Source of the DNA: an uncultured Pseudomonadales bacterium
GTDB lineage: Bacteria > Pseudomonadota > Gammaproteobacteria > Pseudomonadales > Azotimanducaceae
Assembly (NCBI GenBank): GCA_964647295.1
Contig: CAZYHH010000001.1
Coordinates: forward strand, 1-44,031
Reading direction: 5' to 3'
Length of the DNA stretch: 44,031 nucleotides
In this document: positions 44,029 to 44,031 of the stretch, piece after piece
Position numbering within the stretch: position 1 is the stretch's first letter
Layout: each line of letters starts with the position of its first letter
Notes under the pieces: model-generated
Database searches by the model: none
What the model saw: the letters and a program-made list of their open reading frames with translations, nothing else
What the model was told of the DNA's origin: nothing
Made by a program: the position numbers and the translations under genes

Positions 44029-44031
44029 CAA

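Noticed and set aside
1-44031. CRISPR array, transposase/integrase, intein, reverse transcriptase or DGR
   Set aside because: No regularly spaced repeats or corresponding motifs were seen, and NrdA, DnaB and the RecA-like protein have normal lengths.

Overview
This window is most likely a segment of a large dsDNA bacteriophage genome, although it contains no structural genes. It encodes a phage-type replication/recombination block (RecA/UvsX-like recombinase, DnaB helicase, Toprim primase, two PD-(D/E)XK-type nucleases). Nucleotide metabolism genes include NrdA/NrdB, dUTPase, dCMP deaminase and a dNMP kinase. There is also a sigma factor, Hsp20, signal peptidase I, a secreted serine protease, tRNA-Arg(UCU) and a ~15.6 kb soluble glycan-biosynthesis island, plus scattered sugar-nucleotide genes. 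A Chlamydia-like NrdB and a sigma54-type promoter hint at a PVC-superphylum host (inference). The most notable observations are: (1) a ~364-nt ORF-free, densely base-paired minus-strand unit with its own promoter and terminator (11821-12184), a candidate unclassified large ncRNA; (2) an NrdB lacking the radical tyrosine (class Ic Mn/Fe signature); (3) a GTGTAA promoter-like motif that twice forms TTACAC-N5-GTGTAA between divergent genes; (4) widespread near-leaderless promoter architecture; (5) tRNA-Arg(UCU) directly upstream of an unannotated ORF with 11 AGA codons. All protein calls come from motif recognition by eye; no database searches or folding programs were run.
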